Below, one piece after another: positions 24,584 to 37,113 of a stretch of 64,000 bases of DNA (position 1 is its first letter; each line of letters opens with the position of its first letter). Both the position numbers and the translations under genes were made by a program. The stretch is from Aplysia californica. Lineage: Eukaryota. Below the pieces are notes generated by a model. It saw nothing but the letters and a program-made list of their open reading frames with translations. It searched no databases and was not told the DNA's origin. The stretch lies in the NCBI RefSeq assembly GCF_000002075.1, contig NW_004797382.1, forward strand, positions 1,448,375 through 1,512,374. The letters are read 5' to 3'.

Positions 24584-25227
24584 CTGAAGTTTGTCACGCT
24601 CATGTTTTATTTCTTTTTTGATTGATAATTATTGTATAGTGTAGTTTTCATTTTCCCGGTAACATTACTATAATAATGCTACATGTTATTTTTTTCTTGC
24701 CTCCTAAACTGATTTTTGAGCTGTTGAGCTGTTGATGTAGTGTTTCATTTCTATGATGTCTTTTGGTTTCATCTGACCAAAATTCATGAATTTAATGATA
24801 CCGACTGTCATTTTCTGAATATTTATGGTCTCATTTCATTCTTTAAAAAATAGTATTTTGTTTTCAATATTTCTTGACTTTTTGATTTGAAGAAACGTAC
24901 AAACTGTCTCATATTTTCTTTGACATTCTTGGCCCTATCATTTATAGTTTGTCTAAAATTTTGAAGTTGTTAACTGAACCTTTTAATTCTAATCTGTTTT
25001 TTTGTTTCCCCTTGACTTTGGTATTAGTAGAGCAGCCTTGCGGCTTATTGATACAGCATCCAGTGTGGTGGATGCCATAAAACCTACCTGTCACATGCTT
25101 GCCTGTCTTAGAAACTTTTAATTGCTAGTGTTAAAAGTTCTAACCTCAAGTTGTAGTTAGTGCATTTTTACTCAATCCAGCTGTATATTAATGACTTTGG
25201 ATTGTACTTTTAAGCGTTACGGAGTGC

Positions 25228-25233
25228 AATAAA
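25228..25233 (+). promoter_or_regulatory. Candidate distal polyadenylation signal of the TBC1D2B-like gene
   Basis: AATAAA followed about 30 nt later by a GT-rich tract, at the end of a long T-rich region. Other AATAAA occur near 18462 and 23964. Confidence 0.4.
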
Positions 25234-25435
25234 CCACGATTGATCAAATAATTCAAATCTTTTGTGCTTTGTTAATGAGAGCCTCTATATTGTTTTATCT
25301 TTTTTCTACAAAAGCTGGTATCCGAGAAGGAAACATCTGTTCATAACGCAGAGATGTAGAAAAAGTCAGGGATTGTATTGCCTTCTGAGGGAAATTTTGT
25401 TAGAAAACGATGCTACAGAAGTTCAAACAAAATAT

Positions 25436-25864
25436 GTGAGGCAGCGTGGTAGAATCAGGCTCTCGTCAATGTTTGGGCATGTAGAGTTATTTGTATCATC
25501 TTATAGTTTGTTCATTTGCCTTTTTTTGGGTGAAAAAAAAAATCCATTTATCTTGAATACAAGTCGAGATATTTGTGAATGAAGGGGATGGGGGTCACCT
25601 GTTTTCAGAGATAAGATTAGTGAGAAAATGCCCACCAAAGGTTAATTATTTCCTTAGCTTAAGAGTCAGTGGTAACTAAAAATGCACATTTTTTGTACCT
25701 TTAATCAACGTTTTTCAGAAAAATCCATACAGAAATGAGTCCTTTAAGAAAGGCGTTGAGTCAAAAAACAAAAATTTGAAAAAAATTCACAAACCTGTGG
25801 AAAAATGCAAGTTTCTTCACTTTGAGTATTTTGACGAGAGCCTGATTCCACCATGCTGCCTCAC
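25436..25864. mobile_element. MITE family B, copy 2
   Basis: Same TIRs; 4-bp TSD atat. Confidence 0.88.
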
Positions 25865-26234
25865 ATATCTAATGTTCTTTACTTCACCATTGTCTGTGTG
25901 AAACGACTTTTTGAGGAGCTGTATTGTTTGTGAAAGGACCGTTGGTGGTTCACGGGCACGTTATAAATAGAAGGAAAGTTAAATTCAGTGTCAAAGAAGG
26001 TGTATACACATCGCACCAGACAAAACAAAAATGAAAATGGTCCTTACCATATTTGTCAAGTTTGATGAAAGACTACATATCACTATCTGGGACTCAATCA
26101 CATTCTGAGAAGACTCGACAACCTCAAGTAGTATTCCTTGTTGAGCGATTAAAAAAAAACTAGGTGTTTTTGTGCGTCAACACAATTTCGATAATTTAGG
26201 AGTCGGGCTTCCAACCCTGTCTGTCAGGGCCAGC

Positions 26235-27892
26235 CCGGTCTGAGAGGGATACAGTACTCCCCGGTCTGAGGGTTGAGAGGGATACAGTACAACCCGGTCT
26301 GAGGGTCTGAGAGGGATACAGTACACCCTGGTTTGAAAGGGATACAGTACAACCCGGTCTGAGGGTCTGAGAGGGATACAGTACACCCCGGTCTGAGGGT
26401 CTGAGAGGGATACAGTACACCCCGGTCTGAGGGTTTGAGAGGGATACAGTACACCCCGGTCTGAGGGTCTGAGAGGGATACAGTACACCCCGGTCTGAGA
26501 GGGATACAGTACACCCCGGTCTGGGAGGGATACAGTACACCCCGGTCTGGGAGGGACACAGTACACACCGGTCTGAGAGGGATACAGTACACCCCGGTCT
26601 GAGAGGGATACAGTACTCCCCGGTCTGAGAGGGATACAGTACTCCCCGGTCTGAGGGTCTGAGAGGGATACAGTACACCCCGGTCTGGGAGGGATACAGT
26701 ACACCCCGGTCTGAGAGGGATACAGTACTCCTCGGTCTGAGAGGGATACAGTACTCCCCGGTCTGAAAGGGATACAGTACTCCCCGGTCTGAGAGGGATA
26801 CAGTACTCCCCGGTCTGAGAGGGATACAGTACAGCCCGGTCTGAGGGTCTGAGAGGGATACAGTACAGCCCGGTCTGAGGGTCTGAGAGGGATACAGTAC
26901 ACCCCGGTCTGAGGGTCTGAGAGGGATACAGTACACCCTGGTCTGAGAGGGATACAGTACACCCAGGTCTGGGAGGGATACAGTACACCCCGGTCTGAGA
27001 GGGATACAGTACACCCCGGTCTGGGAGGGATACACTACAGCCCGGTCTGAGAGGGATACAGGACACCCCGGTCTGAGGGTCTGAGAGGGATACAGTACAC
27101 CCCGGTCTGAGAGGGATACAGTACACCCCGGTCTGAGGGTCTGAGAGGGATACAGTACACCCCAGTCTGAGAGGGATACAGTACACCCCGGTCTGGGAGG
27201 GATACAGTACACCCCGGTCTGAGAGGGATACAGTACTCCTCGGTCTGAGAGGGATACAGTACTCCCCGGTCTGAAAGGGATACAGTACTCCCCGGTCTGA
27301 GAGGGATACAGTACTCCCCGGTCTGAGAGGGATACAGTACAGCCCGGTCTGAGGGTCTGAGAGGGATACAGTACAGCCCGGTCTGAGGGTCTGAGAGGGA
27401 TACAGTACACCCCGGTCTGAGGGTCTGAGAGGGATACAGTACACCCCAGTCTGAGAGGGATACAGTACACCCCGGTCTGGGAGGGATACAGTACACCCCG
27501 GTCTGAGAGGGATACAGTTCACCCCGGTCTGAGGGTCTGGGAGGGATACAGTACACCCCGGTCTGAGAGGGATACAGTACTCCCCGGTCTGAGGGTCTGA
27601 GAGGGATACAGTACACCCCGGTCTGAGGGTCTGAGAGGGATACAGTACACCCCAGTCTGAGAGGGATACAGTACACCCCGGTCTGGGAGGGATACAGTAC
27701 ACCCCGGTCTGAGAGGGATACAGTTCACCCCGGTCTGAGGGTCTGGGAGGGATACAGTACACCCCGGTCTGAGAGGGATACAGTACTCCCCAGTCTGGGA
27801 GGGATACAGTACACACCGGTCTGAGAGGGATACAGTACACCCCAGTCTGGGAGGGATACAGTACACCCTGGTCTGGGAGGGATACAGTACAC
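26235..27892. repeat. Minisatellite with 26-bp unit gtctgagagggatacagtacaccccg and an optional 8-bp gtctgagg (34-bp variant)
   Basis: More than 50 units directly visible. Confidence 0.95.
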
Positions 27893-28347
27893 AAGCAGAA
27901 GGAACAAGATTGTGGTTAGAAGATTCATGTAATGCTCAGCCCAACATTTCATCTGGACCTCTTCACTGTAAGGAGAATTTTATCCTTGTCCTTTAATGGA
28001 ACACTTTCGTTCCTGAATGTACGGACTAGTTTCTTGTTTATCTTACTTTGTTCTCGCAGTCAGCTGTTCCTTTTGCCCCCCCCCCCCCAACAATTCCTTT
28101 GTGTTGTCACTTCTTCGACATTTTAGTTACATCTTTCGNNNNNNNNNNNNNNNNNNNNNNNNNNNNNNNNNNNNNNNNNNNNNNNNNNNNNNNNNNNNNN
28201 NNNNNNNNNNNNNNNNNNNNNNNNNNNNNNNNNNNNNNNNNNNNNNNNNNNNNNNNNNNNNNNNNNNNNNNNNNNNNNNNNNNNNNNNNNNNNNNNNNNN
28301 NNNNNNNNNNNNNNNNNNNNNNNNNNNNNNNNNNNNNNNNNNNNNNT

Positions 28348-29600
28348 TCCAGGAGGGAACTCTAAGAAGTTCCGCCCTTATTGGTACAAAGAACGGGAAC
28401 AACTGACCCAGGCCAGAAAGAAAGCCACACGGCGTGCGGAGAAGAACCCAACAGCCGGAAACAGAAAGCACTACAATTACCTGACGGCCAAGGTAAAGCT
28501 GAAGACCAAAAGTGCGAAACGACAAACATGGAGAGAACACTGTGGAGAACTAGATCTGCGTAAGGACGGGAGGAAAGCCTGGAACCTGCTCACCAATCTC
28601 TCAGGTACAAAAAGAAGGAAAAACCCCGCCCCAATGAAACCAGCTGAGAAAGGAGAGACATGCAGAGCTGAGGTTATGAATAAATACTTTGCTAACATCA
28701 ACAAGAAAGGAAACCAGAACAAACTGAGCCACACAATAAAGCAGCTAACCAAAAGGGCAGAACAGACCCCCAAGGCAAACCTGAAGGTGTTTGAGAAGGA
28801 GTTTACTCTGACGGAATTGAAGGCAGCCCTAAAAAATTATAAAAAGAGAAAGGTCCCAGGACCACATCATGTCACCAATGAGATGATCCTCAACCTGACA
28901 CTCTTCCCTCTCCATACTCCTGGACTTCTTCAACAGGACCTGGAACGAGGGACAGCTCCCAAACAGAATGGAGGAAAGCAAACATCACACCAATACTGAA
29001 GAAGGACAAACCAGCAAGCCAGCCTTCAAGCTACAGACCAATCTCTTTAACATCATGCCTGGGTAAGGTCGTCGAGAGAATGGTCAACGACAGACTGTAC
29101 TGGTGGATGGAAAACATGGGCACAATCAGCACATGGCAGGCAGGATTCAGGAAAGGCAAAAGAACTACGGACCACCTCATCAGATTTGCCCAGAAGACCA
29201 GCGATGCCTTTCAAGAAAAAGACAATGTTGTGGCTGTCTTCATCGACCTGGGGCAGGCGTATGACAGTGTGTGGAAACAGGGACTATTCTACAAAATGCA
29301 AAAGCTTGGGATAGCAGGAAGGATGTACAGCTGGATCAAGAACTTTCTGTCTTGCAGAACTATCCAGACGTCATGTGACAGCAAGATTTCTTCACAGAGG
29401 GCTCTCGATGAAGGCCTACCACAGGGGTCAGAACTCATCTGTGCCCTCTTCCTGATGTCATCTCCTGCCAGAAAGCACTCTACGCTGACGATTTACTCAT
29501 TGGGAACAAAGGAAGTGACATGAGAGCTCTGAACCAAGCCATCAACACTGACCTGACTACTATATCGTCCTACTGCCAGCTATGGGAGAAATAGAATTTC
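28348..29600 (+). mobile_element. Degenerate non-LTR retrotransposon ORF2 (reverse transcriptase) fragment
   Basis: SYRPISLTSCLGKVVERMVNDRL, QAGFRKG, DLGQAYDSV, GLPQGS and YADD (29481), with frameshifts and stops. Confidence 0.9.
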
Positions 29601-29981
29601 ACCAAAAAAAAAAATAAATAAAATAAAAATATATATATATACAGTATATATTTTTAATTTAACAAAAGACACGAAAACCCCGTTGTACCGCCAGACCCGC
29701 TGTACCACCAACTTCATGCTCGTCCCAAGGTAGGCTGTATTAGGGTTTGACTATACATGTACATGATATTCTCATTGTTGTTTTGGTGTTCCTATCAGGA
29801 CGCTGCTTTAAAGTTACAAGCTAGGCTAGACCTACTCTTGTACCTGCTTGTGTTCCGTACATCTGTCTGTCGGTTTATGGTATGTTTCTGCTTCTTGATT
29901 CTTTAAAGGTTCTCGTGGGGTTCCATGTACGCTTATGATAACCCATCTCCCCCCTCCCCCTCTCTCTTTCCCTTCACTTCC

Positions 29982-30040
<59 letters not shown>

Positions 30041-31429
30041 GTCTGTCAGTCTGTCTGTCTGTCTGTTCTGGAAGGGACATTCATTCTTGTACTCTGCCTG
30101 CAACTACAAGGAGCCTTATCTGACATTACAGATGGCGTTGTAGCAGCACAGATGACTCATTCAACGAATTCCAAAGGCAGTGTCGGAGAAAGGTGGAGGC
30201 TTACTTGGTGTCATCAAGACATAAAGAGGTCTGATGCTTGGTATTGTCGTAACCTTATCTTAGCTAGGTAAAGCCCGCTTGATCCTAACTCTCAATTTTG
30301 AAAATCCAGTCTGTGCTGACTGATGGCACTGGGGCTTTTCTTTGAGTTTTGTGGAGAGAGCATTCATTCTATGATCAGAGACCTAGCAACACTAGGTCTC
30401 TGCTAGCCTATCTTTCTTACTTGTGTTCTAAACAAAATTTCTTGTTGAGAATCTCAAAACAACACCCTCAAAGAAACAAACGAAGGAGTGACAGCGTGAA
30501 AAAAAAGAAAAGAAAAAAAAAAGAATAAAGAAATGAGAGAAACTCAAGTGGAAAAAAGAATGATAGGATTGTGATATTGTGATATTTTATAAGGCTAATT
30601 TTACGAACCACGGCGTATTTTGCTAGTAGAGTAGGTAGACTGCTAAAACTGATTCTCACCTAATGAACCACCGCGAAGCTTGTTGCTGCTGTTGTTAGTG
30701 TGAACAGTGAACAGCAAGCTAATACTGCTCGTCTTTCACTTTTTCTAACAAATGACTAGATCTAGATCTAGCATATATTAAAACAAATTTTTAGTTTAGT
30801 CCAAAGAATACTTTCACTCGAGGTCATTGCAAGGAGCGTTGCAAAGTTAGCTCCTCACCTGGCAGTTGTACTTGGGCCTGCCTTGCTGGCTTAGCTGTTG
30901 GTCTTCGGCTTGGACTTCTTGATGTTACCCTGACTCTGACAAAAGTAGATCTAAAATTTAAAGGTTCCGCATTGTCTTAAAAACTTAGACAAATCTTTTC
31001 GGAAAAGCAGAGGATGAACTGCTCAACACATTAAGAAAAAAAATTCAATCAATGAACAGTTTTATTCAATCTGCACATTCTAGATCTAGATCTAGATCTA
31101 TATCTAGATCTAGATCTAATAGTAATTGCCTGTTGCCTATGCTTACAGTTCAGTAGACAAGAACTTCCTCATCTCCGACACTCCTCCTGTTGTTATTATT
31201 TAGTTTCAGTTTGTATTTGAAGTAATAATAAAAAGAAAGGCATTAAGTTGCAACTACGAAGGATATGTCTTCTTTCAAAAGATGAATACATATGATTTCT
31301 CTTAACTGTTCCAAGTGCTATGAAAAGAGTGGATCACATGGAATTTCTTCCGCTGTTGGTTCTTTAGGCCTAGATAAAGTTTCTCTGAACTGTAGACTTT
31401 TGTTCAGATGGACCTAACACTAAGCTGTG

Positions 31430-31727
31430 ATGGCGGTAGTTATCAAAACTTCCAAGTGGACACTTCTGGATCCTTCAGTATTAGCAAAACAACAGTACAA
31501 CAGAGTGAAAATACTGAAAAGATTTTGTTTTCATGATTCTGATTGTGCATTCGGTGGCAAAGAATCAAAGGTAAAGGTGTGTGGGTATGCTGAAGCGATT
31601 AGTGACAGTGCCTCAACAAGCAACAATATTACTGCTACCGCTGAAAGTTTACAGGCATCTGACCAGTTGTCAGGAAGAGTATCTCCAGAAAGTTTTCAGT
31701 ACCAGTACAAAGACGATTTATTTGCAG
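31430..31727 (+). CDS. METTL4: METTL4-like N6-adenine methyltransferase, first coding exon (MAVVIKTSKWTLLDP...)
   Basis: ATG at 31430. The N-terminus resembles recalled METTL4 (MSVV...WLLD). gtgag donor, phase 1. An acceptor at 31406-31407 implies an upstream non-coding exon. Confidence 0.75.
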
Positions 31728-32787
31728 GTGAGCAACAGATTGCTTCTTTCTGTTCAATATATAAGACATTTTCAGTGTAAATATTGTTATTGAAATATGG
31801 ACAGATTGTGTGTTTTGTATAGATTGAAGAGAAGAGTTATAGAAACTCAACATTCATGATAGCTCTTTAATTTATTTACAGTTTTCAGAGAAAGATTCCT
31901 GTGCAATTTATATCTCAGGGTTAAAATGCTGTGGTATTAAAAAGCATGCAATCGCAGGCGGTAGCATAAAAAATACTCATAATAAACAAGTATACATACG
32001 GACTGCATGTTTTGCCAAATTGAGATACCACTTTTGGTAGTTCTAGTCAAAAAACCCCGAACTGGCCTGATGTAGCTGGCACTTTTCGTACTGTGCACAC
32101 CACCACTGACCAGCAATTCTTTTTCAGGATTGAAGAAAATGAACATTTGCAGGTTGTGAACAAAATGCAGCCATAGTTAGACTGCTCAGAATTTGAAATT
32201 TATAGTCCATTTGCTGTCAACATTTAATATAAGCTTTGTATTAAGAATAGTTTTAGCCTGCAGGTTCTAGCAGAGCTGAAAAAACAAAGTATATAATTCT
32301 TCGATTTCCCTAATTGCAAAATGTTTGATATTAGAAGCACTGTTTACTCATGGAATTACTCTAATGAGAAAGGCTACAGGAAGGACACCTCTATTGAAAA
32401 ACAAGGGGTAGATAATGCCCTCTCTGCCTCGGAAGGCAAATGATTTACAAGTAAGAGACTTGGAAAGGAAATCTATCGCCAAAGACGGATGTGCTTGGCC
32501 AATAGTGCATAATGGCAGTACAACACGTCTATTATATGAATGGACAGAAGTGCTGTTTTCGTGATTCATGTTTATTTAGATGACAAAGAGTACAAGGTGA
32601 AGAAAAACTCATTTTTACATTTACATTATTTGGAGCTTCTCTTAAATTTTCTTTGAAACTCCACAAAATGCTGGGTCCTGGGGTGCAAATTAGGAACTGG
32701 AGCATTTGATCTCAGTGAGTTACTTGAAACAGAAGTCTTGCTTTCAGTCTGAAATAGTTGTTTTATTTATATTATGCCACGTTGCAG

Positions 32788-32876
32788 TTTACACTCCATT
32801 CATGATGAACAGCCAGGCTGAGAGTATCTGCCGCAGAACTGAAGATCCTGGTCAGGAAGAGACTACTAACAGAAAG
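32788..32876 (+). CDS. METTL4: METTL4-like exon (VYTPFMMNSQAES...TTNRK)
   Basis: ttgcag acceptor and gtaagt donor; phase 1 to 0 matches both neighbours. Confidence 0.75.
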
Positions 32877-33216
32877 GTAAGTATAAGCACAGTCACTATC
32901 AACTCGTTCACTTATACTTCATGTCTTCAGAAGGCTTATCAGCTCCCTGGGTTCACCATCTTCAGATTTAATCTGCAACAGAATAAATCTACTATGTGAA
33001 GAATTCATTTTGTGATCTTGTGATGGCTTGATTCTCTCCTATCTCATTAACTTAAGTTTTTACCGACTTAAATCTCCACGGATTTTGGTTCATGCAGACA
33101 TATATTGCTACAATGTTCCCTTATTTCACTGTTTAAAAAAAATAAAAAAATATAAGAGATTCTCAATTCCTCATTTTTTTGCTCTAGAATAATGTGGATA
33201 GTTTTCTTGATAAATC

Positions 33217-33516
33217 TCTGAAGACTTATATGAGAATGATAATTGTTTATGTCCTGTACATGTGTATTTTCTGAAGACTTATATGAGAATGATAATTGTT
33301 TATGTCCTGTACATGTGTATTTTCTGAAGACTTATATGAATGATAATTGTTATGTCCTGTACATGTGTATTTTCTGAAGACTTATATGAATGATAATTGT
33401 GTCCTGTACATGTGTATTTTCTGAAGACTTATATGAATGATAATTGTTATGTCCTGTACATGTGTATTTTCTGAAGACTTATATGAATGATAATTGTTAT
33501 GTCCTGTACATGTATT
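33217..33516. repeat. ~50-bp tandem repeat, about 6 copies, in a METTL4 intron
   Basis: tctgaagacttatatgaatgataattgttatgtcctgtacatgtgtattt. Confidence 0.9.
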
Positions 33517-33753
33517 TTGATTGTGTTTGTTGTTGTCTTGCCAAATGTGATGAAAGGATTCATGAGAAGGGAAGAGAACAATTATTAGAGCTCAATGAAT
33601 CTCTTCAAAGTCAATTCTGTAACGTTTGCCATGACAATGTTCTTCATTTTGTTTGTCATTTTAAAAAGTTTATTTCAAGTGCATATAAAAAATAATTTGG
33701 GATTGTTTTGTCTGACTTCATTTGTTTTTCATAATTCATTTCACTTTTCACAG

Positions 33754-33804
33754 AGAAAACGAAAAACACCTTGTGCTGCAGGTGACAGTGGGAAAAATGG
33801 AAAG
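33754..33804 (+). CDS. METTL4: METTL4-like small exon with basic NLS-like RKRK
   Basis: Long pyrimidine tract plus cacag, gtaatt donor; 51 nt, phase 0-0. Confidence 0.7.
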
Positions 33805-34219
33805 GTAATTTGTATCTGTGTATGAAAGTTACTGATATATGATCTTTGTTGACTTTTTCAGAGTCTCTCAGTGTTGGTTTTAAGCCGTTAAATGTTTGCA
33901 TGCCGATATAATTTCAGCTGATCTTGATTAATAAAATGATTGAGTTTGGCCTGACTTTATTGTAAAGGAAAAATAAAGATCTGAGTTCTTTTGCTTTCTT
34001 TTTCCTCTCAGTATATTACCACTACATGTTGATGTTCGTTTTAAATTAAGTTAATTAAGATCTGAGTTTTTATCTTCACTTGGTTAGAAATGTTTTGATG
34101 GTGTCACCGTTTTAGGAAAAACTGAATATGTAGCGTACTTGAAGCACTGACTGGTCAAGGTAAGTGAGGATTTTGTGAAAATTGTCTTGCAGACTCACAG
34201 TTTAAAAAACAAATTCTTA

Positions 34220-34757
34220 CTTACTTTACTTTAACTTTTCCGATCCAGCGGCCATTTGGGTTCTAGCCCTTCAGTCTGTCGATATGGCAAAGAATTTGCA
34301 GGTTTTAATCAGCTGTGCTTTGTCGCTGTATAGAGTATTTCCAATGTTTGGGGAGGCAGGTAGGTAGGTGCTACGCAGGTCACAAAGTGCTGGGCAGTTA
34401 AAGAGGTGGTGTGGTACTGTTTCAACCTGGCAGTCGCACAGCGGGCAGTCGGGTGGGGTATCCTTGCGGATCCTATTAAGGTAGGAATTTAGTGGTATGT
34501 GTTGTGTTCGTAGGCGAAAGATCGTGACTTGTTCTCTTCTACTCAGGGAATTTATTTCATCTTTAGACTTGGGGGCTGTCATGTGTGCAAATACAGTTCT
34601 TCCAGTTTTGCCCATTGCCCATCCATTGAGCCACTGTTCCCTGGTGTTGCATTTGATGATGTTCTTGGCTGTCTGTTGTGATACTGGGTTGTGTGGTTGT
34701 GTTTGTGATGCTCCCTTTTTGGCAAGGGTGTCTGCTCTGTCATTTCCTGGGATGTTT
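34220..34757 (-). mobile_element. 5'-truncated LINE (I-group-like) with end of RNase H and CCHC zinc knuckle
   Basis: IPGNDRADTLAK, IFRLRTQHIPLN, CPLC...HHLFNC; microsatellite-like tail; TSD aaattctta at 34211-34219 and 34758-34766. Confidence 0.88.
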
Positions 34758-35001
34758 AAATTCTTAAAAGTAGCATCTGTAAATTTCTGGCATATCTTTA
34801 CGTCATACGTTGAATAGAACAGTTTTTTTTTCTTCTCAATACTGTTACAGGTCTGTAAACTAGTGTGCAATAGCCAGTCATAATCTCTATTCGGTCAACT
34901 TTCAAAGGAGCTGTCCATTTACATGTTTACATGCAACCTATTTTTTATTTGTTGAATAATTGGGTCACATTGTCTCTACTTTTTTGCTTTTGCTTAATTG
35001 A

Positions 35002-36363
35002 CTCTTTGAAGATGCGTCAGCGGATAATCTGCTGACATGGGAACCTACCATTGTCGACGTATCAGCGGATAATCCGCTGACAATTTTATATGTGTTTATT
35101 TGCTAAACTAGTGGTCTAACCTGTATATCATTGGAAAGCTTGTCCAAAGCCCTATAATATTTTTGATTCCTTTTATTTGCTTTTGAATTAGGATCGCTTT
35201 GCATGGCGTTTGTTTTTGGCCCCCTGTTTCGTACGCACAGTTTCTATCCAAAATGGTGAGCTCCAGGCGACGTGGTTTGATGCGGACCGAAGAAGCTTTG
35301 GAATTGTTTATAAATGATGGCAGTGATGAGGAGTTAGATTTAAAGTGAGAAGAAGAAAGTTCAGATGATCATGATGACGAATCTGTACCATTGGTTGGTA
35401 GATCTACCCTATCCCCAAGTCTCATCTTGTTGAAAAAACATTTCTTTTGAGGGCAACTATAGGGATCTTACAGCCTTGATGAAGATAAGACTGGTATTGT
35501 GAATGTATCATTGATTGGTATTAGAGAAAAATACAGAAATTCTACTTTTTAATGGTGTAAGTGTGATTTTTGTACTGTTGATAGGTAAAAAGTGGTCACT
35601 TGGTGAAAAAGGGCAAAGAAGGTGCGTCACAGGTAGGGTTGGGTCGGGCTCGCAAAATTAGCGTCCGCGAGTAACAAACTACCCGCTGGCATTACCCGCA
35701 AACGAGCGGACGGGTAACGAACTGTCCGTTTGTGAAGAGTAGTTCGCTACTCGCTACACATCGGACAGAGACAACAGTTCGTTTAGCGAGCGAGCGGACG
35801 GGCGGACCGAGTGACTCCATGCATTCGAGCGGGCGGGCGGACGGACGGACGGGAACGACTCCTTCCATTGCCTACAACTTACAACCCCCCGCCCCCCCCA
35901 AAAAAAATCAAAAAATCACCCTCCTGCCTCACATTGTAGCTAGGCGTTCATGACGGAAATTTTCGCCCCCCTCCTGTGGCCGTTGCGACAATTGGAAGGT
36001 ACACACAAGGTGAAAGGTTACACTCATAGTACTACGTCACCAGCCTCTCTCACTACCTGTGGCACCGCTAGTGGTTTGAAACATCAGGCCTAATTAACAA
36101 ACAATAGACGACAGGTCTAATCTCGCGTCGAGTATCTCGTCTGCTAGAGTTCGTCCGTTCGCCCGCCCGCTCAGTGAATAAAATTGTTGAGCGGACCCAA
36201 AAGCCAAAAAAACGAACTGTCTTGAGGTTCGCAGTTCGCTCTCATGGCCGTCCGTTACCCGTTCGTTCTGACTGAGTCCGCGAGTAAAAAACCCGTCCGT
36301 CCGCTCGCCCCAACTCTAGTCACAGGGTATCGAGAAAGGGAAAGTGGGTGCGACTTCAAAGAG
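35002..36363 (+). mobile_element. Non-autonomous piggyBac-like element
   Basis: TIR ctctttgaag...cttcaaagag flanked by ttga/ttaa. An acidic transposase-like N-terminal remnant (MVSSRRRGLMRTEEALELFINDGSDEE) starts near 35253. Confidence 0.7.
35634..36318. mobile_element. hAT-type MITE nested in the piggyBac-like element
   Basis: Perfect 8-bp TSD gtcacagg at 35626-35633 and 36319-36326; termini tagggttggg / cccaactcta; GC-rich subterminal repeats. Confidence 0.88.
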
Positions 36364-36658
36364 TTAATGGGAAAAATTTTATAAATGAAAATGACTTCAG
36401 GTAATCATTATAATTTTTGCATCATTTCAATTCATTGACTACACATCTCTCTCTATAACTTCACTTGTACAGGTAAATGGTGCCAGGCCTGACTTTATGC
36501 CATCAAAGAAATCTGACAGAGAAAATACAGTGAAAAGATTTAGTGTCAACGATAAAAAGTTCTGGTGATGTTGAGATCTTCTGAGATCTAGATGTCCAAA
36601 AACTAGTTGGTCTTTTCTGTAATAAACCCTTTGTTCTATACTGGGTACAGAAATGGTA

Positions 36659-36727
36659 CAGTCCATGCCGGCTTTAAGCACGGTCGTCGGGAGAAAGTTT
36701 AAGCGTGCTTAAAGCCGGCACGGACTG
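36659..36727. mobile_element. 69-bp Tc1/pogo-type minimal MITE (hairpin)
   Basis: TA-flanked cagtccatgccggctttaagcacg...cgtgcttaaagccggcacggactg. Confidence 0.75.
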
Positions 36728-36875
36728 TACTGAGTCTTTTAGTTGTTCTTAAGTAAGTGGGTGGCTATCTTTTTTGGAAGGGAAGCCCTTACCCCTTTAC
36801 CTGGCCAGAGTGTTGTTAAGTCGATGTAGTATTATCATGGCAGCTGATAGCTATTGTTATTTTTCTTTTGAACAG

Positions 36876-37113
36876 ATTATTGGGGCTATAAAAGAACTTT
36901 TGCCTGAGATCTTAGAAAGAGGTCGTGAACTGACCTACTTTAGGGAGGAGAAAGATGCGCTGAGAAAGTACGCCAACAACAAGAGTGCACGGCTGGCAGC
37001 ATTGATCCCAGGATGTGAAGATCTTTTTCAGAATTTGTGTGCCCAGACAGAGAGTCAGCAACCTGGACAAACGGAGTTGACACATGCTTGTAAACCTATG
37101 CTGCTGTTACACG
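36876..37113 (+). CDS. METTL4: METTL4-like exon (IIGAIKELLPEILERG...PMLLLH)
   Basis: aacag acceptor and gtaag donor; open frame, phase 0 to 1. Confidence 0.75.

Noticed and set aside
26177-27894. Long minus-strand ORFs (261-556 aa) in all three frames
   Set aside because: They arise from a stop-free 26/34-bp minisatellite. The same peptides cycle through frames, so no frame is conserved.
28348-29600. Functional reverse transcriptase gene or retron-like system
   Set aside because: Multiple frameshifts and stops and a truncated end; an ordinary decayed LINE.
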